Assembly: GCA_964270895.1 (NCBI GenBank) | Contig: OZ185436.1 | DNA: 64,000 bases | Reading direction: 5' to 3' (one strand) | Origin: Podarcis filfolensis | Lineage: Eukaryota | Shown here: one piece after another, positions 1 to 12,224 of the stretch | Numbering within the stretch: the first letter of the stretch is position 1 | How the letters are laid out: each line of letters begins with the position of its first letter | Translations under genes and position numbers: made by a program | The notes under the pieces: generated by a model | Told to the model about the DNA's origin: nothing | Seen by the model: only the letters and a program-made list of their open reading frames with translations | The model's database searches: none

Positions 1-797
1 TTCAGTGGATAGAACAGGTGATCCTGTCAAGGCCGTAGTTTTGTTATGGAATGGTGAGACACAACTGCTCTTGAAGGCCCTTTCTAGTGCTGTGGAGTCC
101 ACTTTGTTTCGTTATATACTGAGAAAGTGTGGTTGATGAAATGGGCTGAGCTAGGGTTGGAGCATAAGTTTCAGTGAGCCACTCTATCTCTGTATTGGTT
201 TGAATAAAATAATTTATACAGAATGTTGACACAATTTATTTCTCAAAACCTGAGTTGGAACTTATTGTTTGTTTAAGTCAGCTGAAAAATTCAGCAGCTG
301 TTACTTTAAGAAACCATGAGAGTTGGCAACTGTTCCTGCTATAAATGCATGATATGATATTGTAGCAGGATGAGCTAGTCCTGTGAGAGTTAATGGGCTT
401 TAGGCCAGCTTATATCATAGCTGAGAAGAATTACTTGTGGATCTCAGAATATATTCCTTCCCAATAATAGCCTGAGAAAAGATGAGGCTAAAAGGGGTCT
501 ACCAAAGCTGATCCAGGCAGTATGAATGAAATGCAAGGCTTATTTGGAGTAAGTAAATGGAAGGAGGCATTCTTTCATAAGAAGGAGTTCAAGATACACT
601 GAGTGCAAATCTTTCCAATCCCTTATCCAAAAACAAATGGATAAATGCTTTAGGTATATTTTTTAAAAATCCATTTTATTGATTATTGTGATTAGTAAAC
701 TATTTTGCATTTTCCCCGATCTAAATGGTTATGACTCAGAGGGGGCAGTGCTGAAGTCTAACTGAAAGTTCTGTGTCCTCTGAAACACATTCATTGG

Positions 798-883
798 GAT
801 CAGACTGTGGTTCTTCAGACATGAGGAGGAAAGCATTCATGATCAGACTGTGGTTCTTCAGACATGAGGAGGAAAGCATTCAT
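798..883. repeat. Perfect 43-bp tandem duplication
   Basis: gatcagactgtggttcttcagacatgaggaggaaagcattcat occurs at 798-840 and again at 841-883. Confidence 0.97.
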
Positions 884-2820
884 GAACAGCAGGACGGAAC
901 CTGAGCAGTAAAGTCAAAATCAAAAAACAGTTTCAGGGGCTAAATCGTGGTGAGGTTTGAGTTTAATTGAGCCCTGATTCCCATTTTTCTTTCATTTGTA
1001 TGCCTTAATACGCTTAACAGTGATAGAAAAATTGGCTGGCACTTGATTATTGTTTGTAGCAGTTTAAGAATCCTTGTAAGCAAAAAGTGCCAACATCCTT
1101 CTTATTGGAGTTGAAGTCTTACCCCATTTTCCTCCAGCTCTTGTGCCTTCTTGTATTGTTTTTGTGCTTCCTGGCTATGCAGTCTTAAGGCTGGCAAAAT
1201 AATCTTTTCTAGGTATGCTGAATGCTGAAACATTCCTTAAATTCTTAACATTCCTTTGTTTGTTTTTCTCAAAGGTCTGAAGTCCTAGACCTTAAATGCT
1301 GGTTTTAGTGTGGTTGTAACATTTCATCAAATTGTTACCAGCTAATATGAGATCTTTAATTGAAAATACATGTGTTGTATCCAGTGCTGTGCGAGTGAAG
1401 CTGCACTTGTGCAATGGGACTGCAGCCTTTTGTGAACTCCCAAATATGCTCTGGAGGCCTGCCCTCTTTTGGGGGTGTGGGGGACTATAGAGGACAGGAC
1501 AGGAAGGTGAAGGCACACTCAGCAGCATTTGGGTGCAACCCTATGTATTTTAATATGTTTATTCTTGAAAGACAGTTATCCTGCAGCCTCTATGCAAATT
1601 GGTTTATTTTATTCTTCCTAGTGGATTAGTTCATGTGGAGTTATACATAAACCTTAGGGTTTTGATTGAAATAGGCTGGGTTTAGAATGCATTCTCAGTT
1701 ATAGCCGTGTGATTCTGCTTTGTCCTTTATTTAGGTTTTTAATTCTGCCTAGCCTTGATATTTCTGGGTGGGGAACATATGAAAACAATAGCAGTAAAAT
1801 ACTTTAATAAGATAGGAAAATAAATCTGCCATCAGGTTTCATATGGTTTTGAAGCACATTCTGCTCAATCTTAAAACAAAATGATTTTAGTTTCTTGGTT
1901 GCACATCAAATGTTTGAATGTCTGGAGAAGAACTCCACTTTTGGCAGAGGGCCTTGGATAGATTTTCTAAGTGCTGATGCTGTTGAAATCTAAATATGTA
2001 AGTGGAGAACCAACGAGAATGCTAGCACCAAATGTACACTTGAAGGAAAGATGACAGGAAGGAGAAGTAATGGAACTGGAGGAGTTTTATGCTTTCCAGT
2101 ATATCTTTAAACTGAATGAATAATAAAATTGCTAAGATACAACATAAATTTCCATGGGCAGTAATCAGTTACCTAATACATAAAATATGTATGCAAATAA
2201 ATGCCATATTTGTTAAAACATTATTATTGCTAAACTATTTATACCCTACTCTATCAGAGCACTTTACATATGGTTGCCAGGTGATTTCTGATCCAGGCAG
2301 CTTTACTTTCATTTCTTCAGCAGTAGAACTGTTGAATGCATTCAGGCCATTTTTGAGCATTATTGTTCCATATTTTGCTAATTAAAAACATATTTTCATG
2401 TAGTATAGCTGACGACTTTGAAAAGCAGATGTGTTTTGGAAAACTCTCAAACTAGAGTGAAAATTAAAGGTGGGTATGGAAGTGGAAAGCTACACACATT
2501 CCAAAATATAAGGACAACCACTTTTGTGCAATGCCTAAACAATAACTTAGCATTTAAAGAGAAGTAGACTTGTGCATGCTATTTAATTTCTTAAAGATGG
2601 GTGACATATCTGTGACCACTATTTTAGATGCACCTCTGCACATAATTTATGAGACCTTGTTAAAACTGGATGCTAGCTTAAACATTCAGACTTCACTGAA
2701 TTACAAACGATTGCATTGCCTTGAGTATCTTGAGGTCTAAAACTATGAAAAATATTCCTATAAATGCAGTTTAGTCCAAAGTTCACAAAGAATGAAAGGA
2801 GAATTTCCCCAGAATTCTGT

Positions 2821-2891
2821 AGAATCATAGAATCATAGAGTTGGAAGAGACCACAAGGGCCATCGAGTCCAACCCCCTGCCAAGCAGGAAA
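2821..2891 (-). mobile_element. Very short 5'-truncated CR1 LINE 3' end
   Basis: agaatcatagaatcatagagttggaagagacc...gagtccaaccccctgc is the reverse complement of the CR1 (TTCTATGA)n tail and 3' stem region. ctgtag on both sides may be a TSD. Confidence 0.85.
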
Positions 2892-4913
2892 CTGTAGGTT
2901 CTGATATATTTGTTAATATCCCCTTTTAAAACCTTGTCACTTGCTGTACCTGTTATATGATACTTATTGAAATTCAGACCCCTGATATTTCGAAATTTCT
3001 GAGTGATAGCTAATTAAGCCATATTTAGAGTAGACCCATTGAAATCAAGGTGCTTAAGTTACATAATTCCATTGATTTCAGTTGTTCTACTCTGAGTATG
3101 ACTAATATTGGATATCGTCCACTGGTTGCCAGAATACGTTTCTTGTATTATAATATGTTCCTACATTATGTTCCCAAAATACATTAAGTGCTTAGTACAC
3201 TTTTCATCATCATATAAACATGAAATTTAAGTAGTAGTTTGCTCAAAAGATTTTGTCCCTGAGCCGAACATTGAAATGTGTGTTAATATAATTTTATTTC
3301 TCAATGGGGGAGAGGGAGGAGAGTGAACAAATTAACCCACTACCCAGTGGGGTATATTGGAAACTGAATGAGAATTCTTCAAGGCTATCATATCATTAAA
3401 GTTTGGCTACATGGAGAAGGGGGTTCAGAACGGTCAGAAGGAGTGTGTGAGACATGGCCTTTGCATCTAATAATAGCTGAGCCTTAAAATGTTTGTCTCG
3501 AGGTTAAGGAAGAAGAGCATCACTTTGGTAGTTGGCTAAACTTGGCATTTGGAAGGCTGTGAAAAGTGTACTATGTAATCAGTAACCTTTGCTGCCTTAC
3601 AATGGAGTTTTTGTATATTTTTAGCATGGCTAATCGGTTTTGACTGGGTTGGAAGTTGACCTGCTCTTCCTGCTGCTTATGTCCCACTTGAAGTCCTAAT
3701 CTTCCTTTGGGATGTTTGTGGGATGTTACTTGCTGTGGTGGAGAGGAAGGTGCCTATCATGTAAAAGAAGTTTAGGATTTCAAATGACAATTCCAGATAA
3801 ATAGATTAATTTCTAAGCAGAAAGCTGATTTTAATTTATCTCCTAAAATGTATGCACATGTTTGTTTCAAGTTACATATACACATATATGTTGTCCTAAG
3901 CATTATGATACTCTGTTAGAGGTGGCCACATTATTTTATTTATTTAAATGCATTTATAAATGTCTTATTTTTTAAAAAAACCTCTGTGTAATTTCTGTGT
4001 AAAATTATATTAAAAAGTAAAATTACCATTTTTGTGTGCTTAGAAGATTATTGCAATTGTAACTTGCGCCAAAAAGAGAACACTGCTTTTATTTTCTGCT
4101 TGAGACTTGCCTAAAAAAATTCCAGACATCTGAGAAAGTAATATAACTGGAGAGTTGTAACTCTCTTTTTGCAAAAAGAAAAATATTTTCTGCAGGGCTG
4201 AAAGAAAAGAATAGCTTTAAATTGATAATCTGTAATAAACTACACGTACACCACCTTTGGTTCTATGATGGAAGAAAGTCAGGATATAAAAGCAACAAAG
4301 GGAAAAAAATGGAAAACAGCATTAGTAATTGCTGCACCCATTACTTAGTGACATAGAAGTGGTTGGGTGCAAGACTGGAAAAGTGGTTTTAATTCCTAGG
4401 GCCAGCATCACATTTTGGGGTTGCCTTTGTCATGGTTTTAAATGCCAAACTTAAACTTGTAGGTGCTTGGCTACCAGGTGCTTGGGAGTCTTCCAACATT
4501 GGCAAGATCCTGCCAACAGCTGATCTCTCTATCTAGTATGTCTGTGAGTAATTGGAATAGTTTGGAACAATTTTAAATACCTTTGAAGTCTACCATGTTT
4601 AAAGGACAACCAAGTAGCTACAAGTGCAGAGTATAACTCTTTCCAGATATACATTCTGGAGTGAAATATATTCCTAAATGCCCATCCCGTCCCCATAGGA
4701 TGCCTGACAACTATAGCTCAATTCAGGACACCTTTGGGATGGAAAAGGAAGACAGATGTTGGTTAATAGGGCAGAAGTAATTTTATTTCCTCATAAACTA
4801 ATGTCTGGCTTTTCAGTATTTAGCAATTGTTAGAAACTAACTCGTAAATAGTACTTTGAACACATCACAGTGGATTTTTAAAAATTAAAAATACATATTT
4901 GATACATTTGTAG

Positions 4914-5356
4914 CAGGGCTCAAAATTAGCAGGTGCATTTTGCACCCAAAGATTTTCCATTTGCGAGCACCTCAAAAAGTCTGAGTGCCATTTTTTTTGC
5001 GCCTGGTTGTCACTCAAGGATTACTGAAATATATGTGCTTTGAAGCCTCAAAGTATATGTTAAGGATAGACAATATGTTAAGGAGTTGAACAATAAAGAG
5101 TAGAGTGTTTTGAAAACTGAAGTACGGTACCAATACTTTTATTTTAAACACCAAATTAAACATGTACTAACAATTTCTGCTAAAAATGTGATATTAACAA
5201 TGTGTCACTTATGTGAATTGCATATTAATTCATGCTTATCAAAATAATAAATAAGAAGTGTTGCTGACCCCCCTCCCCCTGGCATCTAGATATTCTGTTT
5301 TGGCGCCCACAACCCAGGTCCCAGAAGCCATTTGGCTCCTAGCTATTCTATCCCTG
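4914..5356. mobile_element. Degenerate hAT-like non-autonomous element
   Basis: CAGGG...CCCTG termini with loosely complementary subterminal sequence. No clean TSD. Confidence 0.4.
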
Positions 5357-6739
5357 TTTCTAACACTACTTTGTAGCAGATATGTTGACATATCTGATAT
5401 ATTTACACCTCCCTCCTTCGATTAGTCATTTACACACATTGACAGCCGTGGGATGGGGAAACCTAACAAGCCACCAACCCAGTGGTTCAAGGTGATATTC
5501 AGTGTCACCAGCCCATCCTGTGGGCATCTGCAGGCATCCTTGCTTTAGGCTTTCAGGTGTCTCTTGAAGACTTTCTTACACTGACGGGCCTATGCAGTAT
5601 TTGATCTGGTTTTTTTTAAAGTTTTATAATTTTTTAATATTGTTGTTAGATTATGAGAAGGTGGTACAGAATTACTTTTAAAAGAAAAATAAAATTTACA
5701 GAAAAGAGAATCCAAGAATTTGCAAAATGAGAGCAAAAAAATTAAAGAAAATACTGAAACCCAAAAATATAAATTCTTAAGAGAAGGTAAAGCAGTTGCA
5801 ACGACTGAGGAATTGGTGGCAGCTGCTTATGACTAAATGTTCAAAGAGACATCAGTGATACAGTGTCATTTAATAAAAGAGATTGTTGGCCATGTATACC
5901 CTGCACTTAAAAATGGTGCCAAAGTAACCTAAATGCATATAGGCTTCAGGATGTAGAAATTTGCAGGCAAATTCATGCAGACTAAGCACATTTGCATTTT
6001 TAATTTTACACGCTTTTTTCAGTTACACAGAGGACAGTACACTGTGCAGGTAAATGAACCCTTGCATGCTGAAGACTGCAGGACATTTGAAGTTCTGGCC
6101 ACTGGAAATCTTTCTCCTTTCTCAACAGCTCCTCTGGCTACTTCCATTAGCAATGCCTGCTCATTTTTGAGCCTAGCATATAACTCTTATGGGCTAGAAA
6201 CTTACTTTTTAAAATTACAGTATATATATCTTAAATTCACAGAATGTTGGCTATGTTCCTTCATATGCTTGGTGCAGTTTTATGTTTATATTTTTAGGAG
6301 CTAGATAATGTTTTGTGTGCAATTTAACTTTTTTGTTTCTGAATAATTGCAGCTGATTCTTCTCCTATGAGATCCGCTGTGGCAAGTTGATGCATATTTT
6401 AGTTACTTCTGGGAGTACTTATCCTATGCTAGGACAACTATATTATTAGTAGTAATCCCTATTGGTGGTCGATTTTATAGTCTTAAAGGCTGGATAGATG
6501 GATGGCACCGTAATTCATAGCTTGTATGCTATAAATCACCTGATTTGCTCTCAAAATCTAGGAAGGCTGACAATGAACTTTAAGCAGCAGTAAAAGAGTT
6601 CCCTCTGCCATTCCATGCTTTGAAATTGCGAGAGGGAAAAGCACTTACAGCCTATAATGTATTGTTTGAGCACGCAGTGACAATGCTGTACGCTCACAAA
6701 TAGAAGCTGTGATTTTTAATAGACTTGCATGTTTTCAGC

Positions 6740-7620
6740 TTTCGCGATAAAGGCAGAGAAGTAATTAAGCACCTGGAGGCTTGCCAGGTTCTATATAAGG
6801 TTTGTCCCCAGTATTGTAGTTAGTGCTGGTATGCCAAGTGTGTGTAGCACTGCTGTTTAGAGAAGGAAAGAAGAGGATGGAAACATGAAGGAGGCAGGAA
6901 TGTATTTGCATGCAGCCAATCGGCAATATGCGGCTGTTCTTTTGGCTGACTTTCAAAAACCAGAAGAAAAGCAGCCACCGTGCTAATTGTGGCTAGGTCT
7001 CGAAGTGAAAATGTTTTGTGACAGTTGAAAGAATTTAAAGAGGAAGGAAGATCGGTTTAGTGTCAGCTGCAATTAGATAATCAAAGCTTTAAAATCCTCA
7101 TCTGTTGATACCTTACCCAGAGTTAAGGGGGCTGTGTGCTGCTGGAGGTGGGGGTAGGAGTCTCCCTGTGAGGAAAGGGCATTTCCAAAGCCAGCACAGC
7201 TAGGGCCTGAGCAAGCTTGCAGGTTGTCTGGGCGCACACTTGCACTGAGCGATTTTCTTGGCAGCTCTACAGGATGAGGCTCACTCTGTACACAGCCGAC
7301 ATATTGAAGCCGAGAGCCCAGGCGAACCTAGATGCAGGAGGGGAGACAGCTCTGCACACAATGTAGCGTCTCCTAGGATGGTTGGGCAGCACCTTTTCTC
7401 AGGTATTTCATTACTCGTTGGCCCCTATAGAGCAGCAAGGGGGGGGAAGGGGGCAAATGGCATCTGCTTCTGCTAAATCAGTTTATTACATAATGTTTCA
7501 GAGACAGCAGCAGCAGCACAGCGTCCTAAGCTTTTGGCTGCCTTTCAGGTTTGATAAAATGGCGTCCTCAGAGAAAGAGCTGCTTGCTAAAGATATGCTG
7601 CGCTGGGCAAAAAAATGAAG
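6740..7620 (+). promoter_or_regulatory. Candidate intronic promoter/enhancer or alternative first exon
   Basis: TTTCGCG (E2F-like) at 6740, octamer ATTTGCAT at 6904-6911 next to the CCAAT box AGCCAATCGG at 6914-6923, and a YY1-type AAAATGGCG at 7556-7564. Based on motifs only. Confidence 0.4.
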
Positions 7621-9635
7621 TTGTTATTTGTCATTATCTACTGCTGTTTGGTTTTGGAGTGTTAGTGTTTCATGGAGTACTCACTATCTAATAATGAAGA
7701 ATGCTCTTTTTTACGCTGCTCAGCTCTTTTTCTGAACGCATTAAAGGTTCCCACATCAGACGGAACATACTTTGTAGCATACCGTAGTGAAGAAAATTAA
7801 AAGAGTAATAGGCTTTTCCACATGCGTTGCCTAATTTTGGATTTTGTCTCTAAATAAAGCTGTTTTATTTAGCGTTCTCATCTCTTAACCCTTCCACATT
7901 TGCATATGCCTTTCTGGGAAAGTCTTGACAGCTTCAGCATTTATGGAGTCAGTGTTGTTGTGAAAGCAAACTTGCAGGACAGATTCCCACTTAAATGTTT
8001 GTGCTTTTTGAATTCCTGACTGCATAAACAAGTATTTCAGCTACTAGAATGAAAGAAACAAATAGAAAGAAGCTGACTTTCTGGATGCTTTCAAATTTGT
8101 ACTAGTTTTGAGATTAGTTCTGACCTCAGATCTAAGTGCTGATCAAATCAGTCAATGTCTGTTCATGTTGGTAAACATACAAGCTTAACCATTTCCCATT
8201 GAATTTGAATGGAGTTTTTTTGTTTCAGGATGCACATTTATAGTGAACGTCCATGTTTTTCTTCATAAGGTTACATTTTCACTCTGATTTCGAGATTGCT
8301 TTCTGATATGTTTTGATCATTTAAAATACTGATTATGATATCAGATCTTGGAGTTACATTAAAATGTTCATTGAGGTCATGGTACTAATTACTTTTTATT
8401 TCCGGCAGGGAAGTTATTGTTGCCCCAATTTAGAATTGTGGAATTTTGTCACATCAGTCTTAAAAAACTCAAATTGTCGAAACCTACAGCATTAACAGTT
8501 TAGGGGCTGGCTTATATCTGGACGAGGCACAGTGTAACAGCTGTTTGAGAAGATCCAGCTTATTTGTAGAGGGAGATTGGCCTGTCAATCAAGTATCATT
8601 TTAAAGTCACAAATCATATATGACAAGTACAGAACATGCAATTTATATTTAATAGCTATCAGTGCTATAGTACAAAATGTAAGTGATCTTCATTATTAAC
8701 TACCGTCATAGTTACCTTTTTTTAAAAGCACCCATCTTTTTGATTGTTCATATATATGAAATGAATGAAAGGCCTCAATCCTGCAGCTATTTACAAGCGG
8801 TTCTCTATTATACCTTGTGATTTCTAATCTATGACCTTGGTCTAAGAGCCTAGGCCTGTCCTTTGCTGTGATGTGGACTAGTATGTTGGCTCCTGTTTGA
8901 AGAGACCCAGTCCTGTGCACCAGCACTATGTGTGGCTCCACCTTCTGTGCTAGAGTGATAGTATGTATGCCAACGAGTACCAGACGTGTCATCAAAGTCT
9001 TAGTTTACAGTGATAATACTTTCTAAAGTATTTCTTTGATTTCATTTCATGCAGTGAAAACATACAACTGAAAGTGATAACAACTCATATGTTTGAGAAG
9101 TATTTTAATATTGGAAATCAGTCCTCACAGTGAAGTTTTTATCTCTGTTTCTAAATTTAACAAGGCATGAATAACTGTTCGTTGACCACAGAATACGCTT
9201 GATTGGTTTTGTAGATTTTTTCTTTCATTTCTAGTTCCCATTTAATAGTTCAGCTTAAAATGTATGTGGCATATAGGAAAATATTGGAAATTGCATGCCC
9301 CAAAGTATTGCTTATTATATCTGACCCTATTAGTGCAACCTAATAAAAGAGAAATAGTACTATTGTCTGCATGTAAATCCTTTGTGTATTAGCACTGAAC
9401 ATACTTGTTTTTTCAGAACCTAGAATTCAAAATGCATTATTATGCTTATTGAAGAATTTGTTTCTATTCACAAGCCGTGCTTCTCCAAGGGCTTAGTGAA
9501 AGTTGGGAACCCCTACCCATAAGCTAGACTATAAAGGACTATAAAGAATGTAAACATAACAATCAAGCCAGAGTTCAACTGATGTATCTGGGTCATTGGA
9601 TAGCAGACTAATTTACATCATGTTTAATTTTTCAG

Positions 9636-12224
9636 ACCTTGGTCACAGCGGATTGGGAGACCATTATGAGAATACTCACTGGGGACAGCAGCCCACTTTC
9701 CGAAGTGAAGCCAATTGCAGCTGGGATAAAGTGATAATAGACAGGACTGACAAGGAAGCGTGGCCTTCCATTACAGGAACTGAGACTGAATCTGCCTCAG
9801 AATGTACTACAGACACTGACTCTGCCTCCAACTGTGGCTCAGAGAACAGTAGCATGGCTACAGGGAGTGCCCAAGGCAACTTCACTGGACATACAAAGAA
9901 ACCCAATGGCAATAATGGCACCAATGGAGCACTCATCCAAAGCACTTCTAACCAGAGTGCCCTTGGAGCTGGTGGAGCAAATGGTAATGGAAATTCAGCC
10001 AGAGTGTGGGGTGTTGCCACAGGTTCCAACTCTGGCTTAGCTCATTGCTCTGCCAGTGGTGGGGATGGAAAGATGGACAACATGATTGGAGATGGTAGAA
10101 GTCAAAATTGCTGGGGTGCTTCCAACTCAAATGCTGGCATTAATCTTAACCTTAATCCAAATGCCAATCCAGCTGCCTGGCCTGTACTCGGACATGAAGG
10201 AACTGTGGGAGCAGGCAACCCTTCCAGTATTTGCAGTCCAGTCAGTGCCATAGGTCAGAACATGGGCAACCAGAATGGGANNNNNNNNNNNNNNNNNNNN
10301 NNNNNNNNNNNNNNNNNNNNNNNNNNNNNNNNNNNNNNNNNNNNNNNNNNNNNNNNNNNNNNNNNNNNNNNNNNNNNNNNNNNNNNNNNNNNNNNNNNNN
10401 NNNNNNNNNNNNNNNNNNNNATGAACTCTTCACCAAACCCTATCAATGCAATGCAGACAAATGGACTGCCGAACTGGGGCATGGCTGTTGGCATGGGGGC
10501 CATCATTCCGCCCCACCTGCAAAGCCTTCCTGGTGCTAATGGGACATCAGTTTCTCAAGTCAGTGGGGGAAGTGGTGAAGGAATGGGCAATTCAGTGTGG
10601 GGGATATCCCCAGGTAATCCTGCCACAGGAAACAGCAATTCTGGGTTCAGTCAGGGGAATGGAGACACTGTGAACTCAGCATTAAGTGCTAAACAAAATG
10701 GATCCAGCAGTGCTGTACAAAAGGAAGGGAATGGAACAAGTGCATGGGATTCGGGGCCTCCTGCTGGTCCTGGGATCTTAGCATGGGGCAGGGGCAGTGG
10801 CAACAGTGGCGTTGGTAATATGCATTCTGGTGCTTGGGGCCACCCAAGCCGCAGCACCAGTAATGGCGTTAATGGTGAATGGAGCAAGCCCCCAAACCAG
10901 CATTCCAGTAATGACATCAATGGGAAAGGATCAACAGGGTGGGATAGCTCTAGTGTTACCAGCCAGAATCCTGCCATGCAGCAGGGCAATGAACAAATAA
11001 ACTCTTGGGCCAAAGCTGCAGCATCTGGCAACACAGGTAGTGAAGGCAGTAATGATAGCAATGGGAGTCAGAATGAAGGCAGTACTGGGAGGGAAGGAAC
11101 TGGAGAGGCTCGAAGAAGAGACAAGGGAATGCTAGACCAAGGACAAGTCCAGTTGCCAAGGAATGACCTTGACCCAAGGGTTCTGTCCAACACTGGATGG
11201 GGACAGACTCCTGTAAAACAAAACACTGCCTGGGAATTTGAAGAATCCCCAAGGTCTGAACGAAAGAATGACAATGGAACTGAGGCCTGGGGTTGTGCAG
11301 CTACTCAGCCTTCAAACTCGGGGGGCAAGAATGATGGGTCCATCATGAACAGTACAAATACCTCTTCAGTATCTGGGTGGGTCAGCTCTCCACCTGCAAC
11401 AGTTCCAACTAATACAGGTTGGGGCGACAACAATAACAAAGCGCCAAATGGCCCAGGGGGATGGGGAGAGCCGGCAAGTTCTACTGCTGTCAATAATGCT
11501 GCTGCTGCCAAAAGTGGCCACACTTGGAGTGGGACCACAAATCAGGAGGACAAGTCGCCTACTTGGGGTGAACCTCAGAAACCCAAATCTCAAAACTGGG
11601 GAGATGGACAGAAATCAAATCCAGGCTGGACTTCAGGGGGTGGAGATTGGGTTGATTCCTCATCTGTCCCTGGACACTTGGGAGATGGGAAAAAGAATGG
11701 TTCTGGATGGGATGCTGACAATAGAGCAGGGTCTGGCTGGAATGATACTACGCGTTCTGGGACCACTGGATGGGGAAATGGCACAAACAGCAAGGCTAAT
11801 ACAGGTACGAGCTGGGGGGAATCTTTAAAACCTGGTCCTCAACAGAATTGGGCTTCTAAATCCCAGGACAACAACGTGAGTAATTGGGGAGGAGCTGCTT
11901 CTGTTAAACAGACTGGATCAGGATGGGTTGGTGGACCAGTGCCAGCCAAACAGAAAGATAGTAGTGAAGCAACGGGGTGGGAAGAGCCCTCTCCACCATC
12001 CATTCGGCGCAAGATGGAGATTGATGATGGTACCTCAGCTTGGGGTGACCCAAATTACAATAACAACAAGACTGTAAACATGTGGGATAGAAACAATCCT
12101 GTAATCCAGAGCAGTACCACAACCGCCACCACTAGCACCACCATTATCAACGCAAACATGGCTGAACCTCAGCCACCGCACCAGTCAAGTGCCCAGTCAA
12201 ACCGGTCCCCGCTGCTTGGTCCAG
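9636..12224 (+). CDS. TNRC6C: Large GW/WG-repeat exon (2589 nt, phase 1-1), Argonaute-binding domain; contains ATG 9854 (MATGSAQ, agcATGg) and a 140-nt N-block
   Basis: Acceptor tttaatttttcag|ACC at 9635/9636 and donor CCAG|gtatga at 12224/12225. The frame is open with dense GW/WG dipeptides. The AGO-hook-type motif WEEPSPPSIRRKMEIDDGTSAWGDP lies at about 11978-12052. Confidence 0.95.

Noticed and set aside
5770-5940. Protein-like stretch FLREGKAVATTEELVAAAYD*MFKETSVIQCHLIKEIVGHVYPALKNGAKV
   Set aside because: It has an internal stop, no splice signals and no family I can recognise. It may be a decayed TE fragment, and tBLASTx would be needed to say.
9676-12122. Many antisense and alternate-frame ORFs of 60-136 aa over the giant exon
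   Set aside because: These are shadows of the stop-poor, Gly/Ser/Asn-rich coding strand and have no independent features.
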